NCBI RefSeq assembly: GCF_036321535.1
Contig: NC_087438.1
Coordinates: 14,386,001-14,450,000 of the forward strand
Source: Camelus dromedarius
Taxonomy: Eukaryota
Length of the DNA: 64,000 bases
Reading direction: 5' to 3'
This document shows, in pieces, positions 23,615 to 37,276 of this stretch (positions are counted from its first letter, which is position 1; every line of letters begins with the position of its first letter). A program made the translations under genes and the position numbers. Below the pieces are notes generated by a model. That model ran no database searches. It was not told the origin of the DNA and saw only the letters and a program-made list of their open reading frames with translations.

Positions 23615-24620
23615 AAGAAGTTTTTATATGGAATATTTCAAAATATGTGCAAGAAGAGAAAGGAGTGTAATGAACCCCCATGGACCTATCACTCAATTTC
23701 AATAATTTTCAGCACGTGAAAATTTGTTTTATCTAAATCCTTTATCTATACCCTTCATTCCTACCTAAGTAAGACTGAGGCAAATGAAGACATTATATTA
23801 ATTGATATGTGAATATTTCAGTATATATTTTTGAATAACAAGAATCCCCTTTTTCAATCATAACTATCATCAGACACTTACTGCTAAAATATAATTATTC
23901 GTTTATCTAATATTACATATCCAGTCATGCTCATATTATTTCTCTAATTGAAGCATAAATGTTCCTTTTGTTTGTTAGTCTAATATTCTCTTAGCTTGTC
24001 CTGCAATTCTAAAACTTTCATTTTCTAATCGGTATGCCCCCAAGGACTTTTATCTTTTACTTTAAAGTCCAATTATTTCCCTCGACTATGCCTAAGTCTT
24101 GGAAATTCTTGTTTGACTTCCCCAGGAACTCATGGTGCTCTTTCATTATGCAATTTCAAGTCCTGTTTTGTTTATTTTCTTGGATTATATGTTTTAGGAT
24201 GTGTAGTTTATTTGGTTTTCTCCTTCAGGGAAGACTATTACATTTTTTTTAATATTCATTTTAGTTCTTAAATGAGTTTATTCACATCCATTTTCCTATC
24301 TTTCTTTTCTCCAATCACCTCATTCCTGATATTTTATAGTTTGATTTATGTTGTTGGCTCATAACTTCTATGATTTTTTTTCTTTTCCCTCATTTTGAAA
24401 TATCAGGTTATATTTTTCATTTGTTTTGTGAGCATGGATGTCCAACATGTTTTTTTCATTTGTAAGAGGTTCATCTCGTTCTTATCCTTTTTTTTCCTTC
24501 TGTAACTTTTAAAGAACAAAGCCACAATCTGTTTCAGTGACTCAGTTTTAAGTGAAATGAAATTTTTGTATAGTTTAAAGAGAAAGGAATGGACCAGTAT
24601 CACTTTCTAGTTTCACTAAT
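23615..24620 (-). mobile_element. Old L1 fragments (L1M-type)
   Basis: T-rich degenerate antisense L1 sequence, including tggaatatttcaaaata...tgtaatgaacccccatg...atcactcaatttcaataatt. Boundaries approximate. Confidence 0.45.
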
Positions 24621-26384
24621 GTAACGCCCCCTTTCTTTTGCTTTCAGCACGATTTAAAACAATAGGATTCAGCTTCCTGAAATCTTTATCCTTTCATCTG
24701 AACCTTCTTTAATTACTTGTTCATTATCCTCCCCAGCTTATTAGGATTCTAGTCCCTTGCTTTGCCTCAAGACAGTACTTTGGTTTCAGGGTTCCTACTT
24801 CCAGACATCTGGTCTACTTGATCACCATTGACCTTTTGTTCCACTGCTCTCATTGAAAACTGGAAGCTTCAAATCCCACAACCATCACAACTACCACTTT
24901 CAGATGCTGTGTTAGGACTGCCCACCGAGTCTTCCAGTGAGCCCACGATGATGATTTTCAGTTCTCTGCCTCTCAGGCCGACTCTCACTTCCTCTTATAT
25001 AACTCTTGACAGCAATTATGTCTTGTAGCCATTGGTACTTATCTCAAACCATTTATATTCTGGGGCTCATGAGAATTATTTTTTACCTAGTTTTGCTGTA
25101 GGTGCTGTCCTACTTACTGTCCTACTTGATTTTGCTGTCCTACTTGCTCTTTTTCTCTTTATCAGTGGAATTCTACTAGATCTAACAAAATAACCACTGA
25201 CAACGCCATCATCCCAGAATATTTTAACTATAATTTTTCAATACACTACAATGCAATAGCGCATTTAAGCAAGCAATTGTAGATGATCTTCTTATAGTCA
25301 GAAGTTATACACAAGTATTCCTCTATTCTCAGCCCTGGATCAAATCTTTGTAAAACACACAGATGTTGTCAGTTCAGTGTAATATGCATTATTGAGCAAC
25401 TACTGTATGCAACATATTGCTTTATGTCCTTCAGAAGAGATGAAAGCAAGCACAAATACTCTCTATAGGTGTTTCAAATTCCAATGGAGAAAATAAATGC
25501 ATACATAGTTAACCCCGATAATAAATTAATTTTAAACAGCTATAAGACTCACTCTTTTTGGTGAGAATCAATATTAACACTGTCAAGCATGCCTATTTAA
25601 AGGCTTGAAAAAATAGAATACTATGAAACCAGTGCAAAAATATAGATTTCTATTCTTTAACCTGGAAATATGTCAGTTCTGTATTTCTAAGGGAAAACAA
25701 AATCTGTCTAGATAACACTGTAAAATAGGATTTCATTTTAACAATAAACATATGTTGGAAATATATATAAGTGTTTATCAAAATAGTAAATGGTAATAAT
25801 CTCTCAGTGATGGGATTAGAGAAGCATTTTATACTTTTACTTTATTTTTGCAATATTTTCTTCTATTTGGGTGACTATTTTTTGCAATGAACAAGCATCA
25901 CAGGTAAAATAAAATTAGGCTCTTTGTATTTTTACAAGCCATGAAACACTGGAAAGGCAGTGAAAAATATTTTTGCATATAAGATAAATTTATGACCAAG
26001 ATAATCGACACTGTCTGCTCAAGATATGTAAGAATGGATTATTTGCCTATGGATACATTTCAGTCCTATTATAAATAAGAAGGAAGAGGAGGAAGGGAGG
26101 AGAAGAAAACAACATTAGTAACCTATTCAAGCTCAGGTGCTGTAACCGCAGACTCACTAGTCTGACACTAGCAGTTATGATCCTATGACCCCAACCATCA
26201 CCCTCCCGCTTCCTCCTGCTATTCCTGATAAAGCTAAATGTCAAGATCAGTTTCTTATTTTGGTTGAGATTATTGTTACCTCTCTTTCCAGTTAAGATTT
26301 GTGTCATAGGCTAACAATGACCAGAGGGTCCGTGGATCCTAATGTTATCCTTTCAAGCGCATCCCTTTCAAACTGGCTTACCAG

Positions 26385-26820
26385 TGTTGCAGAGATAGGC
26401 TGGAGGCTCTCTCAACCCTTTCCAAAGGTGACAGCTAAACTCTATTTCCCATCCCCGCCTGGCATTCTTGTAGGGTTTTGTGACTATTTCTAACCAAGGG
26501 AACGTGAGTAGAAATTGTGTATCACTTCTATCCCTGGGCTGTTTAACAGAGGATGTGTCTACATCTCTGTTTCTGTCTCTGGATCTGTCACTATCTCCCT
26601 CTCTCTCTCCTCCTGGTCAGCCACCTGGACAGTGCAGGGCTGACCTCAGTCTTCTGATGAGCACACAAGAGCCACAGGCAGCATGCGTGCATCTTAAAAT
26701 ACATTCCCAAACGACTTCAGAAAGCTATCCTCCCTGCCTACCTCACTGGACTGTGCTGGGATAGAACAGGAGTCTAAACCACTGAGTTTTGAAGAGTTAT
26801 CTGCTAACCAATTAGGAATG
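26385..26820 (+). mobile_element. MaLR LTR (MLT1I/J-like)
   Basis: ctatttccca..., tgtgactatttctaaccaagggaacgtgagtagaa...tcacttct, and aaaccactgagttttg near the end. Confidence 0.55.
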
Positions 26821-28049
26821 TTGCCCCAAAGAACAACAGCAACTTTCAAACTCATTTTTGATACTTGGTTGAATTTTTCTTGTATTTAATTTAAAAATGT
26901 TTAGCAGCATAAGATATAAATCAACTATTGTTTTCTATTTTTCATTGACCAAGCTAATTATTTCCTTCTTGATTAGCCTTGCTTCTAAGGAGTATGCAGT
27001 TTAAAAAAAAATGAAAATAATAGGCGTTTATTTTCTGTAACTTTTTCATAGAACAAATCATTTTTTTCAAATTTAGTTTCTTATTCTCCTATATGGTAAC
27101 GATAGAACTGTGAATTTGCACATTTTGAGTCTTTTGGTCAATTCAGAACAAATTCTTCACCTTTAATTTAATGGAAGTGGGTAAGATACTGAGTTAAAGT
27201 ACTTGGAAGATACTCCAATACAGTTTATGTTTTACATAAATTTATAAGACAGACATAGATTCTCTTGCTCCATGTTGTTATTTTAATTCTGTGATAAAAA
27301 TGGTGACTTGAAAAATTCTATAATTATAAGGACCCTGTCTCGGCTGGCTAAAAATTAGCCTGTCTTATTTTTTTGGAAACAAATTAACTTTTCAGCCTAA
27401 GAGGTGCTGGTAAGTTAATTTGCAAAATGTTTGCAGTGCCCCAGAAAAATATCAATTTATATTAAAAAGCAACAGAAATGTTGCATTTTCCCAGCTACCA
27501 TAATAACCATTTCAAGTAATTTCTTTTAAAATAAGCTTATTTTGGTAATTTTTTTTTTTTTTAATTTGAGATCTCTCCTCATTTCTTACTTTGACAAATA
27601 AACATACCTGGAAAAATTTTTTAAAATCTTACATAATGGATAATATTGGACTTGTGAGACGCATCAATAACATGAGGTTTTTCTCCTCTATGATTTTTTT
27701 TTTTTGGCTTGTAGTATCAGTTTCAGAATTCTGTTAATATTGACACTTAATTTTCCTGCAAAGGATGGCACTGGCGGATATATAGTGCCCACATTAGTAG
27801 GTCAAAGGAGAACTGTATATTGAACATCTGCTATGACCTAAGCCCTACTCTCTCAGTATCCCTGTAGCAGGGTCCTGGGACAGAGAGGAGAACCAGAGAA
27901 TTTTGTTTGCATCTTCGAGTTATTATCTATTTCTTTCCTATATAAATCCAATTTAGAATAAATTGTTAACTGGAAGATCTGAGCACCTAACATTCCATGT
28001 AGACAACTGTGAATTTCTATGGCTAGTGTGTCTGCCTCTCCTTACCAGT

Positions 28050-28524
28050 TTTGATGGTTAATTTATGTTTCAACTTGACTGGACCATGGGGTGCCCAGAT
28101 ATTTCATCAATATTTGGGGGGATTATGTCTGTGAGAGTGTGTTTGTATGAGATTAATATTTAATATTTGAATAGGTAGAGATAGTTTTTTCCTCCCTTCG
28201 GAGTCAGTCTGGAAAATTGGCTCTTCTTGGCTCCCAAGCCTGGAGACTTTCAGACTAGAACCTACATCATCAGCTCTTCTAGCTCTCCAGGTTCTTAACT
28301 TTTGGACTTGGACTTGAATTACACTATCTTCCTTTCTTGGGTCTCCAGTTTGCCTGTTACAAATCTTGGAACTACTTAGCCCCTTTTATTGCATAAGCCA
28401 CTCCCTTATAATTAACTTTTTTTCATATATCTATATATATACCCACATACATACATATACCTATATGTGTATATATATATATATCCTGTTGTTTCTGTTT
28501 TTCTGAAAAACCTTGACAAATACA
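28050..28524 (+). mobile_element. ERVL solo LTR, MLT2-type
   Basis: Runs tgatggttaatttatgtttcaacttgactggaccatggggtgcccagata...tttctgtttttctgaaaaaccttgacaaataCA. Perfect 5-bp TSD ccagt at 28045-28049 and 28525-28529. Confidence 0.9.
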
Positions 28525-29289
28525 CCAGTCTTCTTTATTTTCCTTTCCTCTCTTAGCTACTTGGTGATAAATGAGGTAGCTTCTTTTAAGTTCTAATTTA
28601 AGAAAAATCATGAAATACCTAAAGCAGGTGCGAGAGCAAACCTTTCTTCAATAATTAGTGTAAATAGGCAGGGAAGAAACCAAGGAAGTCAAGCAAGAGT
28701 AAGTCTGGCTCAGTCTGATACAGGACATTTGGAGAAAATGTGAGTCATACCTTAACATTCTTCAGCTGGGGAATACTTATTTCTCTGCGCACCTTATTCA
28801 TTGGTTAAAGGCAAGGGTAGACAGGCAGTGGGGGCTCCAGTTCTCCCAGGCTGAAGACCTAGAGGGATGTGGCACCCTGGCAGCAGCTCTCTCAAGAACA
28901 TATGCAGATGCTAGGGGTTGGGTGGAAAAGTCAGCAGAAGGCCAACAGCTGATATGCACAAACATAGGAAAATTCACTCTAAGGATACAGGCAGAGCACT
29001 GACACAGCTGTTGCTCCAGCCAAGTGACTGATCAACAGTCCTTTTATATGAAGCACGGGAGCTTCTTCATCACCACTTCCCTGCCTCTTGACTTGCTGCA
29101 CTTCTACTTGTCTACTCATGGACCACTGATCACTGAGGACAGTTATCTAAGATGAAGGAGGGACTGTCTTCTAGTACATTTAAAATTCTACAAAGGAATA
29201 AATCTCCTAAGGTAAATATAGGCACTAGAGACAGATCCTGTAGCGTTCATGGCTCAAACTATATGAAATCAACAATGTTCAAGTGTGCC

Positions 29290-29759
29290 AGGCTGTTAGA
29301 TTGGTGACCCCTCAGTGAACACCTTTCAGTTATCCCTTCTGACACTTTCTCTGGGCTTGGCTAGAAAATTTGCTTCAGTCAATGGGCATCAGCAAGTGCA
29401 TGCACAGCAACTTGATAAGCACTTGCTTTTTGGGGTTTTGTCCTCTTAAAAGAGCCCCTCTTGGTATCCCTCTGCCAGGTTATAAGAAATCCTAGGACAT
29501 TTTACTGGGGAGAAAGGGGCATATTGAGGAGCAAATATGGGGGGCTGAGACATTGTGCAGAGTAAGAGGTCTCAAGGAGGAGAAGCAATGTGTCCCAGCT
29601 CATTTCTCAGCCGAATGCAACCATACACACTCTCCCAGCTAATAACAGGAGGAGTAGAATTGCTCTGAAAGTCTACAGAATCATAAGAAATAAATTACTC
29701 TTGCTTCAAGCTACAAATGTTGGTGTGCTTTTGCGACATACTAATATATAACTAATACA
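29290..29759 (+). mobile_element. MaLR LTR (MLT1F/G/H-like)
   Basis: Ends cagaatcataagaaataaatt...tgcttcaagctac...taactaataca. 5' boundary approximate. Confidence 0.65.
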
Positions 29760-29899
29760 GTTTTTGCCCTATGGAAATGGTAATTTCATATGATTCAAAC
29801 TAAAAACATCAAAATAATACTAATCAAACCACTTTCTGTAGACAGTACTACCAGTTACCCAGTCCTACGCTGGTTAATGCACCCGGTTAGTGTCTTTCT

Positions 29900-30058
29900 G
29901 AGTTAATCCTCCAGTTAACCTGTGCTGTGAGACAGGCATTAATGCATAATCCCAAAGCTGGAGAAAATGAGTCTCAGAGAGCTCAAGTGGCTTGTCTAAG
30001 ACCACAGAGTAATTTGCAGAGTCATAACCTGAATCCACATTTGCTGGGATTCAGGCTA
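29900..30058 (-). mobile_element. MIR SINE fragment
   Basis: gagaaaatgagtctcagagagctcaagtggcttgtctaagaccacag, the antisense MIR core. Confidence 0.7.
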
Positions 30059-30416
30059 CCCCTTTCCCTCTCTGCTGCAAATTTTACTTTCTCATAAGGG
30101 TCCTTAAACATGACAGCATAAATTGCCATGAGGCTTGTCAATTTGCCAGAGCAAGGACAATGAGTATGAGTTATCTGCTTTGTAAAACTGTCGTTGAACA
30201 TCCTTTACATCTAGGATGGAGCAAAATAAACTAGTAAAACTAACCCTTCATTCCTCCTATACAAAAATGTTCTCATCTTGAGTGTTAATCGTGAAACCAA
30301 GAAAACATTACATCTTTTGGTAACCTGAATGATTGGCATACTTTGACTACTTCAACTTCAGTTGTAGTGATGAAGAAATACAAATGTACAACTTTCCTTA
30401 GTATGATGACAATAGT

Positions 30417-30680
30417 ACAGTGTTGAAAAATTTAGGCTATAGAGCAAAAGTGCCTGACGTAAATTCTAGTTATTTCCTTTACTGGTTCTGTGACCCTGAG
30501 CAAGTTATTTAACCTCTCTGAGTCCTTAGTTTCCTCATCTGTAAAATCATGGAACTAATACTATCTACCTCGTTAACTTCATTAGTCGTGGAAATTCAAA
30601 CAATCACTATATGTAAAGTGCTAAGAATAGTGCCTCGCATAGAGCCGACTCTGTGTGTTAGCTGTTATGACTATTATTAT
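30417..30680 (+). mobile_element. MIR SINE, near full length
   Basis: ctgtgaccctgagcaagttatttaacctctctgag...agtttcctcatctgtaaaat, then atgtaaagtgctaagaatagtgcct. Confidence 0.9.
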
Positions 30681-32399
30681 TACTGTTATTGTCATTATTA
30701 TTAATTTCCTTTTAGAAGTCAAAGTAAACTTATAGTCATGGGTACGAACCCATGCTTAAACATGTTGTCAGAAACAACTATTTTGTAAAATAAGTACAGT
30801 GGATTTGACAGAATAAAGGGCTTTATTCATTTAGAAAGTGTGACTTTAATGGTCATTTAACTGTAATAATATCATTTTAATTAATAATATATTTTTATGT
30901 ATCTTTTATCTTCTAAGTTCATCCTAGTCCTGGGCGTAATAGGCAAAATTATTTTCCAAATAGAGAATAAATAGTTAAAACAAAAACAAAACAGTGAAAA
31001 CAGAAACAATGGGAAAAAAAAACGAAAAGACCAGAGCTTTTGATTTTGACATCGCATCATATTCCACACAGGGAGCCTTTCTTTGTGTTTTCACAGGCCC
31101 TTTGCTTTACTTTAATATAATATTTAGTGCCTGTTAGAGACATTCATTTGCACGCAGTCTTCTCTTTACCTGGACTAGTTGTCCTTTGAATCCAGAGACT
31201 GCTTCCTCAATACTGTTACTTTTGTGCTGAGATGTGTGCTTAGCACTGAGTGTCAGTTCAGAAACTATCTGCTGAATGAAATGAACAAATAAACTACACG
31301 CTGGATGACTCATTCCTCATTAGGCGTATGGCTCTTTTGGTTAATATTGATTTTGCCTAACAAACCTTCCTCAAAATTTACATTTGGAAACAGTTATTCT
31401 TAATTCCCTGGGAACAGATGATGACAGAAACCCAGGGCACTGCAAGGATGAAATGCTCTCAAAACTACTGACTCTCTAACATAGTTTGAACTTGAGGGAA
31501 CACTCATCTAGTAACATGAGTCTTCAGAAACCACATAAACATTTTCCAAAGTATACACGGAAGCTTTAATAAAGGCATTGCAATGGATAGGCACCCAGAC
31601 ACAAGGTAAAACAAAGAATGAAAGGACCTGTCATGATTTGATTATTAATTTATATCCAGATCATCAGTAGTTTTAAAGAAATCTCCCTGATGCGGTGAAA
31701 TCAAATACAAGCTTTATTCACTGTATATTCCTCATGTAAAGCAGCTTTGTAAATCTTTTCTTCTGGCTTGTTTTATTCTTGTATACCTTTTCAACAATCA
31801 AAAACAAAAATCTCTCTCACCTAAGCTTAAGGTAGCTAAAATTGTCATTCTGCCTCTGCATATCAGAGATAGTATGTGGCTGTGATAATACAAAGCATGT
31901 CAGTTTCTGTGTTTGGCTCTCTGTAATTCTCTGAGCAATTCACACCTCAGAGTGATTTTGTCAGGAACGAACTGTTACATGTACAGCAAACATCTTGAGG
32001 ACTTTTATGCCTTAGTAATTAGCTGCTCTAATGAAGATGTTTTACATTGTCTCTTTCCCACTGTTGACTATAATCAAAAAATCATTTCTCTTTAGAAATC
32101 ACAATATCAGAAAATCAGTGTGATTTACATTAGAAAAGGGAATCCATGGTGTGTTCTAGCGGAGGAGTCATGGCCTCGAGTCAGGAGTTACTCCCCTTAT
32201 ACACCTTAATTAGGCTTTGGGCTCTCAGTTGCCTTATTAAGGTTATGCTTCCATTGCCTGAGAGCAAAGAACTAGATCTTGAAACAGCAAGTTCACTTCC
32301 AGATTCAAGTTCTATTAATTTGAATTATACCAATGGGGTTAGTTAAAATAAGAACTATTCATAATTTACTCCATCACTGTTATATTTATTATATTTCTT

Positions 32400-33311
32400 T
32401 CTCAGCTTGATTTCCCAAGAGATACTCAACAATTCTCAATAAATAGCAATTCTACTTATCAATTTTTCAGGCTCAAAACCTTGAACTTACTCTTGCTTCC
32501 GCTTTTCATTACCCACCCCGTATCCAAGTCAATAAGAAGTTCTGTCAACTCTGTCTTCAAAATATTTACTGAATCACATCATCTCTTATGACCTTCGCTG
32601 CCAACATCCTCAACCACATTTCACAATTTTTGTCATCTAGTATTACAGTTGCATCTTAAATGATCAATCTACACCCACTCTTGCCCTCTCCCAGTATACT
32701 CACAACGTAGCAATCACAAGGATTCTTTGAAAAACAAATTACCTTATGCCACTCCTCCGCCCAATGCACTTCAATGCACTCCACTGTCTTCCCCTGTCAT
32801 TCAGAATAAAAGCCAAAGTCCATGTTCTGACTCCCAAACTCTGTGTGTCTTGGCATCCTCTAGCTCTTTGACCTTATCCCTGGTGCTCACTTCACTTCAG
32901 CCACAACAGGCCCCCTGCTGGTCCTCAAACAGCCATATTTTTGTCTGAGGACCCTTCATTCTTGAGGTCCGTTCTGTTGATATCTTCAAAGCTCACTTTT
33001 CACTCCCTTCAGGTCTCTGCTCAAATATTACTTAATCTGAGAAGATGCCTCTAACCACTTCATGTAAAACAGAGCAATGCCCACCCTTCTTTTATATGTA
33101 TCCTGTTTTTTTTTAATTGCCTACACCACCTTATGTATAACACACACACAAATTTGTTATCTGTCACAAACTCCCTCTTTCACTAGATTCTGAGTACCAT
33201 GCTAGCAGTAAATTGATCTATTTTAGTCAATTTTACACCTAGAGATTAAAATAGTGCTTGCTTTCAGTTGGCATGTGATAAATATATTGCTGAAGAAAAA
33301 AAATGAATGAA
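32400..33311 (+). mobile_element. L2a 3' portion
   Basis: caggctcaaaaccttga..., tctgtcttcaaaatatt, cagaataaaagccaaagtcc, tcccttcaggtctctgctcaaat. Ends in aatgaatgaa. Confidence 0.85.
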
Positions 33312-33394
33312 ATCATAAGAAGAGAAAAAAGGAAAATGGAAGGGAAAACAAACATGGAAATAGAAAGTAGGAGTTAAGTAAGATACATCTATTG

Positions 33395-34369
33395 AAAATC
33401 TGTTTTAACAGATGGTGTTGGGAAGCTAATATGCAAAAAGCCAAAGTTGGCCCCTTACCTTATACCATGTTCAAAAAATAAATTAAAAATGATCAAATAC
33501 ATAAACATAAGTATTAGAACTCTTAGGAGAAATCATAGAGTAGAAATGTTTATGACACTTCATTTGATAGTGATCTCTTGGATGTAACACCAAAACACAA
33601 GTAACACAAAAGTAACGTTACATTTCATAAAAGTTAAAATATTTTGTACGTCAAAATAAAAAAAGTGCACTATCAACAGAGTAAAAAGGCAACTCACAGA
33701 ATCGAAAAAAGCATTTGCAAATCATATATCTAACAAAGAATTTATATCTCAAATATATAAAGAACTTTTTTAATTCAAAATAACAACAACCAGATAAAAA
33801 CCAGACAACTCAATTGGAACATGAGGGAAGAACTTGAATAGATATTTCTCCAAAGAAGATACAAAAATGGCCAAAAGTACATGAAAATATGTTCAATATC
33901 AGTATGTATTAGGGAAATGCCAATCAAAACTACAATGAGATATCATGTCATGACCATTAGGAAGGCTATATCAAAAAAAAAGGAACACAAAATAAAACAA
34001 AACCCAGAAAATAACAAGTGTTTGTAGGATATGGACAAATTGAAAAACTTGTTCAGTGCTGGCAGGAGTGTAAACGGTGCAGCCACTCTGGAAAACCACA
34101 TGGTAATTTGTAGAATTACCATACAATCCAGCACTTCGTCTTCTAGGTGTGTATCTCAAAAGGGAAATCAAGAATTCAGAGATATGTGTACACCCATGTT
34201 CATAGCAAGATCATTGACAGTGTCCATGAGGTAGAAGTAACCCAAGTGTCTATCAATAGAAAGTTGGATTAAAAAAGGTGTTAAATACATAAAATGGTAT
34301 CTAATTAAGATTTTAAAAGGAAGGAAATTCTAACAGATGCTACGACATGGAGAAACCTTAAAAACATTA
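33395..34369 (+). mobile_element. L1 (L1MB-like) ORF2 C-terminus and 3' UTR
   Basis: ccccttaccttataccat, tttctccaaagaagatacaaaaatggccaa, gcagccactctggaaaac, acacccatgttcatagca. Confidence 0.9.
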
Positions 34370-36739
34370 GATCAGACAGAGGGTGCTGAGACACCATTTT
34401 CCCAAAATGACGCATGTAAGTTATGAAAGGCTGCTTCCAGCCGAGATGTACCTTGGCTATAAATTCCATGATCACTGCTGTTTCCTTTGTCTGAAGTAAA
34501 CAAGGAAACAAAGAAAGAAAAGAAGGCTCCTTTTTGTTATTATCTAATGCATGCCAGCTCCGATGTGATTTTAAAGTAATGCAAGAACTACTATATTTTT
34601 TCTTTAATTTTGAGCTGTTCCCTAAAATGCTATGTAATTTGTTGCAATAAGTTTGTTAATGTGTGTAATCAAGAGTCTGAGAAGTTGAACTTTGAGCATA
34701 TTGTACTTTTTCAGGTTAACACCAAAATAGCAACCATTAGCATTGTTTTTTGAACAGTATGTTTACAATAAAATACATATGGCCTCAGATGTTAGAGACT
34801 TTTCTTAAAAATGAAAATATATGCTTGATGAAAATAACCAATATTCCAAAACTTATTAAATATATAAATATATGCTAGAATTAGAATATAAAAATTTTAT
34901 GTCCTAAAAGTTGTCAACCAGATAGAGAAAGCAGATATGTGAACCATTAAAATAAAAATGCATTGCTATGAAATGTCACATACCGAAGTAACTAACAAAT
35001 ATTTATGATACTTGAATTTGTGTATTGTACTTTGTTATCCCTATTATATCTTTGTAATGATAATTTTTCCAATAAAATAAAATATTCTATTAAAAAAAAA
35101 ACCCTCTATTTATCGAATAATGTAACTATACATGGCCAAAGAGTATCCTTAATTTCTAGTGTGGCAATGATTTAAGAAACCCCAATTTGAATCTGTAGAG
35201 AGCCAGTGTGTCTCAGAAGACTGAAATAGCTGACTCAAATTCAGCCAGTCAAATAAACGTTAGAGAATGATTCACTTATTAGAATTTCTGTAGTCTACCG
35301 ATCACTTCCAATTATCCATGTCAGTCAGTCTTACTCCAGAACATTTCCCCTAGCCACATTGGCATCATGCTTGACGTTTTTTTCAATTTCTTAATCATCA
35401 TTTTATTCATTGTCATCATCATTATCATCATCCTCATCATCCTCATCATCGTAATGTTCTAAATGAACCACTCACTACGTTTCAGGAACTGTGCTAAGTA
35501 CTCCATACACTCCTCTGAGAAGGAGATTATTGTTCCTTTTTTGCTGGCCCAGAGCTTAAATAGCTTGTTTAAAATCAAGCAGATGGTAAATAGTGGGAGT
35601 GACATTGTGAATCCAGCTCCCACTGACTTATCACAATGTTCTCTTCAGAAATTTCCATTTACTCATTTCCTTGCTTATGGGTCTGACCCAAGTACAGAAC
35701 TAATTTACAACCTAGGCTATTGGAGCTATTTTAGTTCTCCGCTTTTCTTATTTTGGAAAAAAAAAAGTGCTTTAACTTCTTTCCTTTTTATGTTAAACAC
35801 ATCCCACTGTTTGAAGGATTGTCCTCACAGCTGGGAGAAGTGCATTTCTCGAAATGAGTTCTCAGTCACCTTGTTTCCACTTCCTTTGGGTCACTGCTGC
35901 ACTTGATTTCTTCCCTATGTCTTTAGCTGCTTGCCTTTTACTGGTGTCTTTCTTCATTCCTCAGGATGGTGAATCTCCTGGTTAATATCTTGTTGTTGGC
36001 ATTTCTATTCAGCCAATTGCAAAGAATTCCCATAATGCCACTTAAATAGCTTTAGAAGAATATCGTAAAAATTATTTCCTAATGTTCAAGTCACATGACC
36101 TATTTTTGATCATTATTTCAATATTCTTGATCATTGGAGTGTAATGGTCACTCTCCTCTTCTTAAAGTAGACTTCTTTACTTTCCTTAATGCAATCATCT
36201 TCTTATTTTCCTGATATTTAATGATACCTTTTCTTTTTACACCAGAAGTTGAATGTTGGTGGATGTGTCCTTCTATTCATTATCCACATCATCTACACAG
36301 ACGTTCATTCTCATGGCTTTTAAAATCCCATATAATGGAAGACATTCAAATGACGACAACAGTTAACTCTCCTGCGGAACTCAATATTATTATCTCCGCA
36401 TGACAAATGAGAAAACCGAGGCACATCGAGGATAAGTTACTGACAAAAGGGCAGAAAGCTAGTAAGAGTACCCAAGGAGGGTTATAAGCAAAATAAAACA
36501 AAGAAACAAAGATTGTCTGGTTCTAAGCACAGTTTCTGCCATACTCTCACATTAAATTAGCCATTCCAAGACTGAACTTACATTACCTCAGCGCTTTCCT
36601 TTTGCCTCAAGTGCCAAGCTCAGCTATTAACTCTGCCAGTTATTTATTTGCTGTCTCTCAGTTCTGTATATACTGCTCCATGTGTTCTATATGTGCTTTC
36701 TCTATATTCAAATCTATATAAATATATACCACCCTCTCT

Positions 36740-37276
36740 ATAGTGTTCTTGGTTGCTGGGCTGGGCCTCTGCAGACTGAATTTCTCACACTCCTTGACCC
36801 TCCGACTTCTTGTTGTGTTTGGCCGTATGGAAGCCTGAGGGGATGGGTTGAATGTAGCAGTTAGGGAGAAGACCCTTCTTCATGCGGATTCTCTGTTGGC
36901 ATCAATGCAACAACAACAAAGTGTAGACTCAGCCCCTAGCTTCTTCAAACGCTCTATGCATTAGATTTGTTGAGTCCTCTTAGATGGAAAAGCAACAGCT
37001 AGGGAGGGCTTTCCTCAGAAGTCCAAGTGCAAACAGGGCTGAGTTCTGCCCTAAAAGAATGAACAACAGCCCTGCAGGATTTGTTCTCGAAACCCTAGGT
37101 TCTCATTACGTGACTTTTCAGCTATGGGGATGAAAGCAATTTCTTGCAGTACCTCAGTGTGCTCATTACTTTTACAGCCTACCAACCTCTATGTAACCAA
37201 TGGTTTTTCTTAATGTTTCTTGGCTTAAAATATTAAGTATGTTTTCTGGTTTCCTGACTGAACCCTGACCAATACC
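36740..37276 (+). mobile_element. ERVL LTR (LTR33-like)
   Basis: Ends gttttctggtttcctgactgaaccctgaccaatac. Upstream tccttgaccctccgacttcttgttgtgtttggcc. Confidence 0.55.

Noticed and set aside
28620..29010. Possible additional ERVL-type LTR; likewise at 1-560
   Set aside because: Composition is suggestive, but I could not identify termini, a TSD or family motifs.
35463..35906. Longest ORF in the track (147 aa)
   Set aside because: No recognisable domain, overlaps MIR-like sequence and a poly-A run, and has no supported splice structure.
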